Below are positions 27,797 through 39,149 of a stretch of 51,296 nt of DNA, one piece after another. Position 1 is the first letter of the stretch. Each line of letters starts with the position of its first letter. The translations under genes and the position numbers were made by a program. The notes beneath the pieces were generated by a model. The model made no database searches and was not told the DNA's origin. It was given only the letters and a program-made list of their open reading frames with translations. Origin of the DNA: Promethearchaeia archaeon (lineage in GTDB: Archaea > Asgardarchaeota > Lokiarchaeia > Sigyniarchaeales > SOKP01); assembly GCA_029856125.1 (NCBI GenBank), contig JAHQWJ010000025.1, positions 1-51,296 of the forward strand, written 5' to 3'.

Positions 27797-30700
27797 ATGG
27801 CAAAATTAAATATCGATTTTTTAATAAAAACTCCAATCAAGAACATCCTTGAAAAGATTGACTACTTTTTTCACGAACTTCTTCGAGAAATTGAATCCTA
27901 TCTCAATTTAGAAGTGTTTTACGCTAATATAAACATTATTTTAAACAAAGAAGAATCAATAATTTCCGGTATGTCAGATAACATTTTTTCAATAGGAGTT
28001 GATAGTTCTTATAAGGATGATATTCTTAGTATTAAAATATCTTCCGATTTTATTCAGTACATCCAATTTATTATGCTTCGGGAAGCGTATAAATGTTTTA
28101 TTCCTCCCCTCGCCAACCAAATGAAAATAATTGAAATTTTCATAAACCAAAAAGTGTTAATCGATCTTAATAAATTAAAATCTAGCAATGAATGGAATTT
28201 GATCATACGGGACAAACTGGTTAATTACGATCTCATCTCGGGCCAGTTAGATCGTTTAGAGAATTTTTTGAAAAGTGAAAGTACTGAGAATCTTGATAGC
28301 CCCTTCAGATTCTTCTTTAACTATATTAGAAAAAATATCCAAATTATTGGTGAAAAAGAACATAATTTTTACGACACATTCTTCGAAGAATTTTCATTAG
28401 TTTCCTCAAAATCATTATTCAATGATGAAATAATAGAAACTATAAGAGTTCTTGATAAAATCTTCAACCAGGTAAAATACTATTCTACAATGTTAGATTA
28501 TCAAGATTATTTTATGTTATTTAAAGAAAAGGGAATTATTGAAACTAATCTAAGTCTAAATAAATTTACTGAAAACATGCAATGGATTAAAAATTTTAGT
28601 TATTTATCCCCTACATATAAAATAAACTGGCCATCATTAAATATACTCTCAATAAATTGCTGCGTTAAATTCAACCCGATCATTAAGAGGTCCGAAATAG
28701 TCAAATTCATTAATGAACTACCCTTTTTTGTTCTTCTTAAAGAATCCAGAAATAGTTTTGGATTCGAAATTGAAGGGTATTTTGTACTACCAAAAATTTT
28801 TGTTGACGATTTAAGAAATTATCTTGAAAAGTTTAGAGATTATGGATATGTTCTTCAAAATAGATTAGTCTTTCTTGAAAATGGTGAAACTGTTGTTAAT
28901 TTAAATTATTTTCGAGAATATTATGATAGAAAAACTATTGTTAATAGAAATAACAAATTATATGATGAAAAATATGAATTAGATTTTTCGATTGCATATG
29001 CAAAAGAAGTTGTTATGCCTAATTTGTCTCTTCTCGATTGGTTAATAATTGATAGAATTCGTTATGTTTCGCAAACGGGATTTAATTTCGAAAGAAGAGC
29101 TGGGGCTCTTAAGTTATTAAAGACTGATCTTATCAACGAAATTATTAGTCAACGGAAATTTATTACTGACCTAAAAGCAAATTTGCTTGTTATTCATTCC
29201 TCAGTAAAACTCCGAAATGATTTTCTTGAGTTTTTAAAAACAAACGAATCTTTTGGATTTTTTTACATAAAAAATATGCTTAATGATTATATCATTAGTT
29301 TTAATTTAATTAAAGATATATTGACTAAACATCCTTCTATTAACAACATCTTCAAATTTCGTGAACATTATAAAAACCAGGGAGTATCAAATTCAATCGA
29401 AAATAATATTATCTTTAAAAATTCAACAATTAAAAAAACGATTTTTAATCATTTTCTGCCAATATTGTTTAAATCAAAGGAGAATTTCGAGGAAGAAATT
29501 AATAAATATTCCAGTTTTTTTAAAGTATTTAGTTCTTGTTACGATTTGAAGATTTTCAACCCGCAGTCTATTCGCGTGATTGTAAAAGACAGATCTTTGA
29601 TTAATACAATTTATAAAACTAAGGAAGAAAAATTAATGAGCTCATATGAAAGCTATGAATTATCGGATCTAACATATCAATTAATTGAGGAAAAGCTAGA
29701 TTATTACTTAAATTGCAAACCACCAGTAATTAAACCAAATTTACCCCAAACTATATTGGTTTCAATGGTTCAAACTTTTATTATTTTATTGAAAAATAAC
29801 GAGGAAACTTTAGAAAACCTTAAGAAAATAACTTTTATATCAAAGAGGATGTCGATAAGTTCTGGAAAAATACTGAATGTAGTAATATTAATTCCATACT
29901 TAAGTAGTAGTGAAAAGGGAACATTTATATCATTATTGATTAATCTCTTTAAAGAAAATCTAATTAGCGTTAAAAGATATTTGTGGAGCTATTTTCAACA
30001 GGCGTTTTCACATAAATCTTTTTACGATTTAGATCAGAAAAAGTTTTTCTATACGCACGATCTCTTCAAGCAATTCTTCCAAAATGTAAGAAATATAATT
30101 GGTGATGTGCAAAAACCGCTTCTAGAACTCCAAAATATGCAGCAGAAACGATTTTGGCCTGAAGAGAAAGATGTTTCTTCCTTGATTAAAGAGGTTGAAG
30201 ATCGTGTAAGAGACGAAACTATAGATATAAGTTCAGAAAATCTTCGAAAATTGTTCGAATTTCATAACTTATTAAGTAAAAACATACTAAACATTGAAGA
30301 GTTTAAGAAGTCCCAAGTAAAGGCTTTCTTTAAAAATTGCATCAAGTCAATCGATTTTATACCATCCTTTCAAAATTTCGGGATGAGCCAGTATTTCTTA
30401 TATTTCTATCCAACAGATATCAATAAAATCGATTTTAAGCTTTTATTAAACAATTCATTCCAAAATATTAGTTATCCCGCTCAATTCGATGATTCTAATT
30501 CGTTTTTGATTCAATATATTTACCCTTATCGCAATCCAGGTATATCTCCATATTTGAATTGGTTGACTAAGTCGAAAAAAATCGTTAGAGAATATTGTTT
30601 ATTTTTCATTAAGAAATTCTATCAGATTTTACATTTTGATTACAACCTGAGCTCTGAAGGATGGGATCTCGACCCAAATCGGTTTAAGATATATTTCCAA

Positions 30701-31414
30701 AATATATTGTTTAATCCTAATTATAAATTCCAAATTCCTGATTTAAAGGAGTTCAACATTGGTGATGTAAACAAGTCAAATTACCTTGGACCCAAATCCT
30801 CTGAATTCAAAGAAATATCTCAAATATATAACTGGAAATCGTTGGATATTAAATCTTACTTAACGAGACGTTATTTTAAAATAAATACAAGTATAATAGA
30901 ATTGTTAAAGAAAGGACTAATTCAACCATTTATTTCTTTAAAGAATTTAGATGTAGTGGAAGAGATTACTATCATTTTATCAGATGTGAAAAAGGAATAT
31001 AACGAGCCAATTTTAAAGATTTTTAGCTTTTTCAACATCGGGTTCATCTATGAAATGGAAGGAGAATATTACATTCATGGGTTTGAGGACGTAATGAAAT
31101 TCGAGAATGGTATAATGATTAAACTATATTTCCCCGATTGTCAAATAGATGAATTCGAAAAACTTTTCGATTTGCTTTTTGAATACATGGAAATTGACCA
31201 TTACCTAATCTTAAACGATCAAGTTGACGGAGAGAATTTACTAAAATCTACATTTAATGGATTGAAATTTTTAGAGACATACAACCCTTTTACCAATCTT
31301 ATTTGGAACGATAAAGACAAAATATGGCGAAACCATAAATTATTTAACGAGAATTTTGAACCGGTGTATCCTGATATGTTCTTTGGAAAAAAAAATTACG
31401 ATTTAGATTCATAA
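27797..31414 (+). CDS. Large (1205 aa) soluble protein of unknown function with internally repeated modules
   Basis: Long uninterrupted ORF rich in F/Y/I/K; segments reminiscent of Lrp/AsnC-type wHTH-plus-ferredoxin-like modules. Confidence 0.7.
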   Translation: MAKLNIDFLIKTPIKNILEKIDYFFHELLREIESYLNLEVFYANINIILNKEESIISGMSDNIFSIGVDSSYKDDILSIKISSDFIQYIQFIMLREAYKCFIPPLANQMKIIEIFINQKVLIDLNKLKSSNEWNLIIRDKLVNYDLISGQLDRLENFLKSESTENLDSPFRFFFNYIRKNIQIIGEKEHNFYDTFFEEFSLVSSKSLFNDEIIETIRVLDKIFNQVKYYSTMLDYQDYFMLFKEKGIIETNLSLNKFTENMQWIKNFSYLSPTYKINWPSLNILSINCCVKFNPIIKRSEIVKFINELPFFVLLKESRNSFGFEIEGYFVLPKIFVDDLRNYLEKFRDYGYVLQNRLVFLENGETVVNLNYFREYYDRKTIVNRNNKLYDEKYELDFSIAYAKEVVMPNLSLLDWLIIDRIRYVSQTGFNFERRAGALKLLKTDLINEIISQRKFITDLKANLLVIHSSVKLRNDFLEFLKTNESFGFFYIKNMLNDYIISFNLIKDILTKHPSINNIFKFREHYKNQGVSNSIENNIIFKNSTIKKTIFNHFLPILFKSKENFEEEINKYSSFFKVFSSCYDLKIFNPQSIRVIVKDRSLINTIYKTKEEKLMSSYESYELSDLTYQLIEEKLDYYLNCKPPVIKPNLPQTILVSMVQTFIILLKNNEETLENLKKITFISKRMSISSGKILNVVILIPYLSSSEKGTFISLLINLFKENLISVKRYLWSYFQQAFSHKSFYDLDQKKFFYTHDLFKQFFQNVRNIIGDVQKPLLELQNMQQKRFWPEEKDVSSLIKEVEDRVRDETIDISSENLRKLFEFHNLLSKNILNIEEFKKSQVKAFFKNCIKSIDFIPSFQNFGMSQYFLYFYPTDINKIDFKLLLNNSFQNISYPAQFDDSNSFLIQYIYPYRNPGISPYLNWLTKSKKIVREYCLFFIKKFYQILHFDYNLSSEGWDLDPNRFKIYFQNILFNPNYKFQIPDLKEFNIGDVNKSNYLGPKSSEFKEISQIYNWKSLDIKSYLTRRYFKINTSIIELLKKGLIQPFISLKNLDVVEEITIILSDVKKEYNEPILKIFSFFNIGFIYEMEGEYYIHGFEDVMKFENGIMIKLYFPDCQIDEFEKLFDLLFEYMEIDHYLILNDQVDGENLLKSTFNGLKFLETYNPFTNLIWNDKDKIWRNHKLFNENFEPVYPDMFFGKKNYDLDS

Positions 31415-31535
31415 TTTTCTATATTAATATTTGGTTTTGTCCGTAAACACTGAGACAAACTTGTAAAAGTATAAAACAACCTACATTTTCAAAAATAATA
31501 AATCGGTTGATATTTTTTCTTACATGAATACATAA

Positions 31536-32963
31536 ATGGTAGTCAAAGTTATCGATTTTAAAAAGTTCGAAACCTTATTTCATCCAATTAATATCGCTTT
31601 TATCGGAGCTAGCGAGAAATCTGCTTTTGGGGCTATGTTATATTTATCAGCGTTTAAAACTTCGAAATGGAAAGACACGTTCTATCCCGTAAATCCAAAA
31701 TATGATAAAGTTCTCGATTGGAAATGCTATAAATCAGTCTTAGATATTCCAGATCATATAGATACGGCTTATATTTCTGTTAAAACTAAACACATTCCGC
31801 AAGTATTAAAAGAATGTGTAGAAAAAGATATTCCTTGGGTAATTGTGTTCTCATCTGGTTTTTCTGAAACGGGGGATCCAGTGGGGTTAAAATTAGAAAA
31901 AGAATTAAAACAAATTTTATCAAAATCAAATACGAGAGTAATAGGTCCGAACTGTCTAGGCCCTTATAACGCGGCTGAAGGTATGGCATTTTCTTTCAGC
32001 GCAAAAACGAATAGTCCCGGACAAGTTTCTTTCATGTCTCAATCTGGAGGGCATATGAGTCAGTTAATAGATATAGGATATAAAAGAGATATTAGGTTTA
32101 GGTATGGTGTATCATTTGGTAATCAAATAGACCTGAATTGCGTTGACTTCCTGAAACACTATCAGAAAGATTCCACAACTCAAGTTATCGCCGCATATTT
32201 AGAATCATTTGGTTCTACTACAGGTCACGAATTCTTTTTAGAGCTGAAAAAAACTACAAAAAACAAACCAGTTATTATATGGAAAGGAGGGTATACTGAA
32301 GATGGCTCGAGAGCAGCGTTTTCCCACACTGGCGCCATAGCAAGTGATTTAAGATTGTGGTATTCAATGGCCAAGCAAACCGGTGCCACTATTGTTAAAG
32401 ATAACGAAGAATTTTGGAACACTATTAAAACATTTGAATTGTTATTTCCAAAATATATCCCTCAAGGTAGAAACATAGGGATTATCACTCCTGGGGGTGG
32501 TTCTAGCGTGAATACAACCGATCTATTCAATTTTCACAATTTAAAAATTCCGGAATTAACTTTAGATTCCCAAAAGAAACTTAGCGAAATTCTTCCATAT
32601 GAAAACGTAAATGTGAAGAACCCTGTGGATTTAGGAGCACTTGGTTTTGTCGTAGAGGTATTCGTAAATTGTATCAAGATCGTAGTAAACGATCCGAACA
32701 TAGATATTGTTGTCATTCCATTATGGCCTCATTTCATTTATAATCACGTTTTCAGGCAGATGATTGAAATCCAGAAATCAACCAAGAAACCTTTTATGTT
32801 TTGTTTACCAAGCATTGCTGACTCATCGGAGCTCGCAAACCAATTTTCTGCCGTCAAAAAAAAACTCCACAAAGAAAGGGTCTTGTATTTCTTTTCGTTA
32901 AGAGATGCTGCAAAAAGCATTTCTTTATACTGCGATTACATTGAGTTTATAAACTCCCGTTAG
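31536..32963 (+). CDS. Acyl-CoA synthetase (NDP-forming) alpha subunit-like protein
   Basis: IGAS, YPVNP, SSGFSE, IGPNCLG, SQSGG, SHTGA (phospho-His) and NPVDL motifs. Confidence 0.9.
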   Translation: MVVKVIDFKKFETLFHPINIAFIGASEKSAFGAMLYLSAFKTSKWKDTFYPVNPKYDKVLDWKCYKSVLDIPDHIDTAYISVKTKHIPQVLKECVEKDIPWVIVFSSGFSETGDPVGLKLEKELKQILSKSNTRVIGPNCLGPYNAAEGMAFSFSAKTNSPGQVSFMSQSGGHMSQLIDIGYKRDIRFRYGVSFGNQIDLNCVDFLKHYQKDSTTQVIAAYLESFGSTTGHEFFLELKKTTKNKPVIIWKGGYTEDGSRAAFSHTGAIASDLRLWYSMAKQTGATIVKDNEEFWNTIKTFELLFPKYIPQGRNIGIITPGGGSSVNTTDLFNFHNLKIPELTLDSQKKLSEILPYENVNVKNPVDLGALGFVVEVFVNCIKIVVNDPNIDIVVIPLWPHFIYNHVFRQMIEIQKSTKKPFMFCLPSIADSSELANQFSAVKKKLHKERVLYFFSLRDAAKSISLYCDYIEFINSR

Positions 32964-32995
32964 CGTAAAAGTTCAAAATAAGGATTTTTGGTAAC

Positions 32996-33286
32996 TCAAA
33001 CTTTCTTCATCATTTCTTTGAGATACGCTTTCATAAAATATCTTTCCATGCTGCAATAATCCAACTTCTGGGTAGTTGTTAATTCTTCGTTATTTAGTAA
33101 GAATGAGTGAACATTTACTATTTTACCATAGCACTTAGTGAGTTTGTGGTCCACACAGCTTTCTTTTAGTGTAAATATATCTTTTTCCTTAAAAACAGGT
33201 GAAACCGGAACGCTAATATCGTAAGCCTCGTCGAAAATTTTAATGGGATAATTAATCCCAGCTTTACCCGAACTCAATTTGATCAC
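32996..33286 (-). CDS. Hypothetical protein
   Basis: ORF with SD-like AGGTGA; the likely start is the TTG three codons in. Confidence 0.55.
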   Translation of the reverse strand: MIKLSSGKAGINYPIKIFDEAYDISVPVSPVFKEKDIFTLKESCVDHKLTKCYGKIVNVHSFLLNNEELTTTQKLDYCSMERYFMKAYLKEMMKKV

Positions 33287-33578
33287 CTTAATCTAAAATT
33301 TTATGTAATTAAACCACTTGTTTTTTGAAACTGATGTGTTGTTTCTAATTTTGTCGGAAATTTTCATAGATCGATACTAAAATGTCTAATTTAGAGGTTT
33401 AATACACCTATAATCTCAATTTTGCATATATTATTGTTTTACTTATATTAAACTCTCAGTGAACCATATATTAACGGATTAATAACTGCAAACTGAAATT
33501 TAAAATAGTAGTGGAAGCATTAAAATAAAATAAATAGAACAAGTATTAATTGTAACAAATTAGAGATGAGTCTATTTC

Positions 33579-34607
33579 ATGAAATTTATATCTGGATTGA
33601 AGGGAGTGTTTAAAAAACCTCTATATGTTTTTATAATTAGTGTTTTTACTCTTACATGGATATTAATTATAGTTAATTCGTACTATTCTAACGTAATTTT
33701 AGGATTATCCGTACTAATGTTAGGTGGAAGCTTATTATACTTCGCGATGATTCTTTTTCTAATTTCATTTGTAAAACCTATTAACAACCTAAAATCATGG
33801 CTTGTATTCATTTTTTACCTATTATCGGTATTATCAACCTTTGTTTTAAACCGTATCGTGTTTATTATAACCTCAGAATTGTTTTTCATTATCCCTCTTA
33901 TGATAAACCAGTTCTTCACTGCCTACTTTGCATTTAAAATTTGCATGGATTCTTCTACAAAAGTAGACGATTATCTATATAAAAAGAAGAAAAGTCGAAC
34001 AGTAACGCGGTTAATAGAATTTTTTGTTTTTCTTCTGTTAAACTTGTGGTTTTCAAGAATTATTCTAGGATTTTTCGGTAAAGTATCCACTCTGTTATTT
34101 GTAATAGTATTCCGTATGTTTCAAATTATGTTTTGGGTAAATGTGGGCTTAATGGTAATTATTGTTATTCGTTTACTTGCCACTAAAAAGTTTTCGGCTT
34201 ATATTTCTCTATTTTTCTTGTTAACTCTATTTTACGCGTTATATATTCTTATTGATTATCTCTATGGTGCTTACTTTAGCTCAGGATCAGGGGATCCAAC
34301 TTATGTGGTAATCTCCTTTTTCGTTGATTGGTTCTTGTTTTTATACATATTAGGAACAATTTATTCAAGGGTTGATTATATTCAAGCAAAATTGAAGTTT
34401 CTTAAGGTAGACACAATAGCACTATTTCTAATAATCATGAAAATCTATGTCCAAGTTTCAAAAATCGTTCCAAAAGTTGTTGCCGAAGAGATGCAAATCC
34501 TACAAGCAGGAGGACTATTCGTTATCTTTGTTTTCTTCAATCTACTATTTGGAATTCATTCAATTTTAGCTCATAAACAAAGAAAAGAAAAAAAGACAAA
34601 AAAATAA
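33579..34607 (+). CDS. Multi-pass membrane protein of unknown function
   Basis: About 10 hydrophobic segments and a basic C-terminal tail. Confidence 0.75.
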   Translation: MKFISGLKGVFKKPLYVFIISVFTLTWILIIVNSYYSNVILGLSVLMLGGSLLYFAMILFLISFVKPINNLKSWLVFIFYLLSVLSTFVLNRIVFIITSELFFIIPLMINQFFTAYFAFKICMDSSTKVDDYLYKKKKSRTVTRLIEFFVFLLLNLWFSRIILGFFGKVSTLLFVIVFRMFQIMFWVNVGLMVIIVIRLLATKKFSAYISLFFLLTLFYALYILIDYLYGAYFSSGSGDPTYVVISFFVDWFLFLYILGTIYSRVDYIQAKLKFLKVDTIALFLIIMKIYVQVSKIVPKVVAEEMQILQAGGLFVIFVFFNLLFGIHSILAHKQRKEKKTKK

Positions 34608-34608
34608 A

Positions 34609-35136
34609 CTAGTACATTTCTTGCTTACTGAATAAAAGTGCAAATGTACCAAAAAATATTCCGGTTATCGCTGCACTTAAACTAAATGCAATTAGCAACA
34701 TAATTGGATTTAATACTACAATGCCATAATATAACAAAGTACCGGGATTAATAAATATCAGTACTCCTAAAGCCGAAGAACTGATCAAACAAGTTATCAT
34801 CCATCCACCGAAACTTGCTCCTTTGCTTCCCCCAGTACGCCCTGCTATGAGAGCGGCGATAAATGGCGTTACGATAAGTCCGATGGTTTGAATCAAAGAT
34901 GCATCAAACATCCCTAAAGAAATTTGTGTGTATAACGTGAATATGGAGCTACTTGGCACCATAGTTATAGGTCCGAAGAATATTAACAATAATATTAATG
35001 GATCGCTAGTAATATCGCTAAATAGTGGATTTAAACCCCCACTAATAGTTTCGGATATTATTACAAATAAGAAGTTCAAACCAACGTATGCGAGTAAGCT
35101 AAATCCAAGAGCTTTTCCAAGTCCCAACTTAATCAA
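34609..35136 (-). CDS. Membrane protein of unknown function
   Basis: 4-5 TM helices; AALIAGRTG motif. Confidence 0.7.
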   Translation of the reverse strand: MIKLGLGKALGFSLLAYVGLNFLFVIISETISGGLNPLFSDITSDPLILLLIFFGPITMVPSSSIFTLYTQISLGMFDASLIQTIGLIVTPFIAALIAGRTGGSKGASFGGWMITCLISSSALGVLIFINPGTLLYYGIVVLNPIMLLIAFSLSAAITGIFFGTFALLFSKQEMY

Positions 35137-35358
35137 CCTTTTTATAAATTTGTGTTTACTATTTAATTAATTAATACTATGTATAAAATAGAAAATAAAA
35201 GCTATTTAAATTTAATTGCCTTAAAAATTAAATATCATATTTTACTAAATCTAATAAAAAACAAATCGAATTAATAATTTCATCAAAAATATACATTTCT
35301 ATTTTACCCTTGCTCCAAAATTTAAATATTTAAAATTTTTATTTGTAATGATGTTGAG

Positions 35359-36402
35359 ATGAGAGATAAGCAAAAACAAAATAAATTTCTTATTGGTAAA
35401 CTTAAACATGAGTTCCTTCAGAAAATGTTAAGCAATTTTGTGTCAACCACTCATTTAAAAGAAGATCGAGTTGTTGTAGGCTCTAGTATCGGCGAGGACG
35501 CAGCTGTTATAGACATGGGAGATAAATATTTAGTTGCAAAAACAGATCCAATAACATTTGTAACTGACGAAATTGGATATTACGCCGTTAACATAAATGT
35601 AAATGACGTTGTATGCACGGGGGCTACTCCAAAATGGTTCCAATCAACAATTTTATTACCTGCTAAACATACTGATGAGGATTTAATCGAAACAATTTTT
35701 AGGAATATTCATGATACGTGTAAATCTTTGGGAATAACCGTGATTGGAGGTCACACCGAGATTACAGCTGCTCTTGATAGGCCTATAGTAATTGGGTCTT
35801 TGCTTGGTGAAGTTGATAAAGAAAAACTAGTTTTATCCTCTGGGGCTAAAGAAGATGATTTGATAATTTTAACAAAGGGGATTTTTATTGAAGGGACTAG
35901 CATTATAGCTAGAGAGAAAGAAGATTTCTTAAAAGAGAAAGGATATGGTAATCAATTTATTGAGAAATGTAAAAATTACCTTTACGATCCCGGTATTAGC
36001 ATATTTAAAGAAGCCGTTGTGTCTAATGACAATTTTACAGTAACATCAATGCACGATTTAACAGAAGGAGGTCTATTTAATGGTCTTGCCGAAATAGCAA
36101 TCGCATCTGATTTAGGCTTATTAATCAAAAAAGAACAAATAAATATTTTACCAGAACCATTGGAATTAAGCAAAATTTTTAGCATTGACCCATATAGCAC
36201 AATATCTTCAGGTTCTCTTTTGATTTCAATTAATCCTGAATTCGCTAAAGATTTAATTAATTTATTAGCTAAGAATGGGGTTGCATCAGAAACAATCGGA
36301 AGATTTACAAAAGATAAAAATGAATATCTCATACTAGATAAGAACAATAGAGAACAGGCTATGATTTACACTGAAGTAGACGAAATCACTAAAATAGTTT
36401 AA
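35359..36402 (+). CDS. AIR synthase/HypE-family (PurM-like) protein
   Basis: GEDAAV, KTDP, NVNDV, GGHTE and MHDLTEGG motifs. Confidence 0.88.
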   Translation: MRDKQKQNKFLIGKLKHEFLQKMLSNFVSTTHLKEDRVVVGSSIGEDAAVIDMGDKYLVAKTDPITFVTDEIGYYAVNINVNDVVCTGATPKWFQSTILLPAKHTDEDLIETIFRNIHDTCKSLGITVIGGHTEITAALDRPIVIGSLLGEVDKEKLVLSSGAKEDDLIILTKGIFIEGTSIIAREKEDFLKEKGYGNQFIEKCKNYLYDPGISIFKEAVVSNDNFTVTSMHDLTEGGLFNGLAEIAIASDLGLLIKKEQINILPEPLELSKIFSIDPYSTISSGSLLISINPEFAKDLINLLAKNGVASETIGRFTKDKNEYLILDKNNREQAMIYTEVDEITKIV

Positions 36403-36555
36403 TTTCATATGTCTCCGTTCCACTGAATGTAATTATTTAATTACCAAGATTTTTATTTCTAAATTTTCATTACATATACGGGTATTTTATAATTTTATAT
36501 TAAGGGTTATAAGGAATTTATTTATCTATCTTAATAATTTAAAGTTTGATTTATT

Positions 36556-38490
36556 GTGGTTAATAACGAATTACGAGCTATTTTAAAATCCATTGGAGAG
36601 CATTCCAAGGGAAGAGATTTAACCATTAAATTGAATTCTCACGTTTTTTTTGATATACTAGAAGCTAATAATGATGTTTTTACCAAATTTAAAGAAAAAA
36701 TTAACAAAGATTGGAAGGAATTCAAACAAAAAAATCAGAATCGCGTAATTAAAAAAACCTATAGTTCTTTCTTCTTTCAATATTTCGACAAACTTCTTAA
36801 ATTTTATTTGCAAAACTTCTGCGGGTATGATACTAATTCTTTAAAATTAATAGAAAAAGAGAAGATATCTGATGATAATTTATTTTTAGAGTACAGTTAT
36901 AATCTATCTCCTGAAGAAAAGGAAGTTTTTACTGAATTTGCTGAGGATTTTAAAGATAATGTTGATGGCATAACCTCTCCATCCGCCTCCCCATCAGGCT
37001 ATCTCTATATGGTAATTAGCATACTTGGAGTAATTCTGAGAAAACTATTAAATGAAAAGTTTTACATCGTTTTAGACGGTGTTGTATTAAAGAATGGTGA
37101 TAGTAAAAACGCTCTGAATTTCTTAATCGTTGTCAAAAATAGCAAAGATGCATTATTTGATAATTACTATTACATGTATTTATATTATTTTTTAAAATAT
37201 TTTAAAGAGGTTCCTGAACAATATTTTGATAAATTATTAGCTGGGAGGGAAAAGGTATATCAGATAGCTCTAGACGAATATTCTAATGCTAAAGAGAATC
37301 TCGTTGATCTAATGTATTATTTTTATAAGAAATGTAACCTGTTAGGAAATTTTTCTCCGCTGTTAGATTTCTTAAACTTCGTATGCTCAAGAGTAGAAGA
37401 TTCTGTATTTCCAAAACTAGATATTATTAGAAAAGAATTCTTGCGGAATTTCGAGTACACAGATGAAAAAAAGAACGCTCTTCTGCGAATATTTGATTTT
37501 ATAGACAAAAAATCTACGTTGTATTCCACTTTTCAAGCAAACAACTTACCCTCACAAAACTCTCAATTTAATCTATTTCTCCTTTATACAAAATATTATT
37601 TTGTAAGTGGAAGTTTAGAGGCTCTAGAAGTAAGCGATCTCTTATTTTTGCCCGATGAATTCAAAACAAAATTAAATGATTTTAATGCTAAAGCCGAAAC
37701 TGTAATTAATGCTAACACTATTAACGAAGTCCAAGAATTATTAGATATACTCTCGATTTTGACAAATATAGAGAACCCAGATCTCTTTTTTAAGAAAATT
37801 TTTAATAAAGAAATCTCCCAACTTAATTACGATTTCTTTAAAGCGTTTTTGCTTAGTTTGAATTCGAGTATATCGCGTTTGATTGAGATTGAAAATAAAA
37901 CATTAGAAGAAAATCTGAGTAACGAGCCATTAAATTTTAAAATCGTAGTGGATCATGTTTGTCGAATGCTTTACACATTAATAGACAAAATCTTTCTCAG
38001 AAGACTTCCAAGTCAGGCGTCCAAAAACTTTATCGACCCAAGAAGTAGATATGTGGGAAAAAATATCGCGTTGAGGGTATTAGAGTTATTTATATTTAGC
38101 GATTTGAACGTTTCAGATGATGTTTGGCCTGATTACATTATATCCATGAATAAAGACGCTTTACTTAAGGATTTAGAAAATTTCGAAGTTGAAATTCCTG
38201 AAAAACATTTCTATCGATACGAAGATATTGCCCGATTTGTTGTTACCTTTAATTTTCAGTCGTCAAAAGAACAGATACTATTCGAGGAGTGGTTAATCAC
38301 AGGACTTATAACTCCAATTATCAATTTTATATCGAAAATTCGCGATTTAATAAAAAATGATGAAAATAAAACGGAGATATCTAAGATTTTAAGAAATTAT
38401 TTTGTTGGTGACACTAAACACCAAGAAAATTTAGAAGATATCGATTATGTTTGCCAGCAACTCGCAGATTTTTGGGAAGATGCTGATTAA
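36556..38490 (+). CDS. Hypothetical helical protein (644 aa)
   Basis: Long ORF with host-like codon usage; no recognised motif. Confidence 0.7.
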   Translation: MVNNELRAILKSIGEHSKGRDLTIKLNSHVFFDILEANNDVFTKFKEKINKDWKEFKQKNQNRVIKKTYSSFFFQYFDKLLKFYLQNFCGYDTNSLKLIEKEKISDDNLFLEYSYNLSPEEKEVFTEFAEDFKDNVDGITSPSASPSGYLYMVISILGVILRKLLNEKFYIVLDGVVLKNGDSKNALNFLIVVKNSKDALFDNYYYMYLYYFLKYFKEVPEQYFDKLLAGREKVYQIALDEYSNAKENLVDLMYYFYKKCNLLGNFSPLLDFLNFVCSRVEDSVFPKLDIIRKEFLRNFEYTDEKKNALLRIFDFIDKKSTLYSTFQANNLPSQNSQFNLFLLYTKYYFVSGSLEALEVSDLLFLPDEFKTKLNDFNAKAETVINANTINEVQELLDILSILTNIENPDLFFKKIFNKEISQLNYDFFKAFLLSLNSSISRLIEIENKTLEENLSNEPLNFKIVVDHVCRMLYTLIDKIFLRRLPSQASKNFIDPRSRYVGKNIALRVLELFIFSDLNVSDDVWPDYIISMNKDALLKDLENFEVEIPEKHFYRYEDIARFVVTFNFQSSKEQILFEEWLITGLITPIINFISKIRDLIKNDENKTEISKILRNYFVGDTKHQENLEDIDYVCQQLADFWEDAD

Positions 38491-38502
38491 CTCTATTAAC
38501 TT

Positions 38503-39006
38503 TTAAGAAATATTAAAAATTTTAGTAAATCTATCAAAATTTTGTTGTATACTAAAAATCGGTATCTGATCTTCTCTTTCCTCGCTGATTTTATTTAGAG
38601 TGATTAAACCTGATATCAATTTAACATTTTTGTTTAATTGGACATCGATCTCCTGTAATTCTTTTACGCATAAAATAGTAGGGTACGATACATCTCTAAA
38701 ACTCTCAATAATTATGAGATCAACTTTATATGGGCTTTTATTGAGCCAGTTTATTAAATCATCTACGCTGATTTTTTTATTGAGATAAATAGCGTTTTGA
38801 TTAAACTTATTTTTTATAACGGAAAAAACCGCACCAGCTTCAGAAAATTTAAAAGAATCTTTTCCTTCTTCGTCTGTTTTATGTTCATGAATGTATTTTA
38901 TGACGCTAACTTCAAGGTTAAATTCAGTTTTAAATTTCTTGATAAGATATTCAATTATATGAGTCTTTCCACTTCCCGAATATCCAATCACGCTAATTAT
39001 ATTCAT
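38503..39006 (-). CDS. mobB: Molybdopterin-guanine dinucleotide biosynthesis protein B
   Basis: VIGYSGSGKT, VIKYIH, DEEGKDS and DLIIIESF motifs. Confidence 0.85.
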   Translation of the reverse strand: MNIISVIGYSGSGKTHIIEYLIKKFKTEFNLEVSVIKYIHEHKTDEEGKDSFKFSEAGAVFSVIKNKFNQNAIYLNKKISVDDLINWLNKSPYKVDLIIIESFRDVSYPTILCVKELQEIDVQLNKNVKLISGLITLNKISEEREDQIPIFSIQQNFDRFTKIFNIS

Positions 39007-39149
39007 TTTTAATCACAGATTCTAAGAATTTGAAAAATACTAGATTTTTTACGATATTATTACTAGAGATTTAATATAATCATTAATATCTAAAATGTGT
39101 TAATAGATTAAAGATTAGCTTTTGAACTCAAGAGATGTTTTAGGGAATT

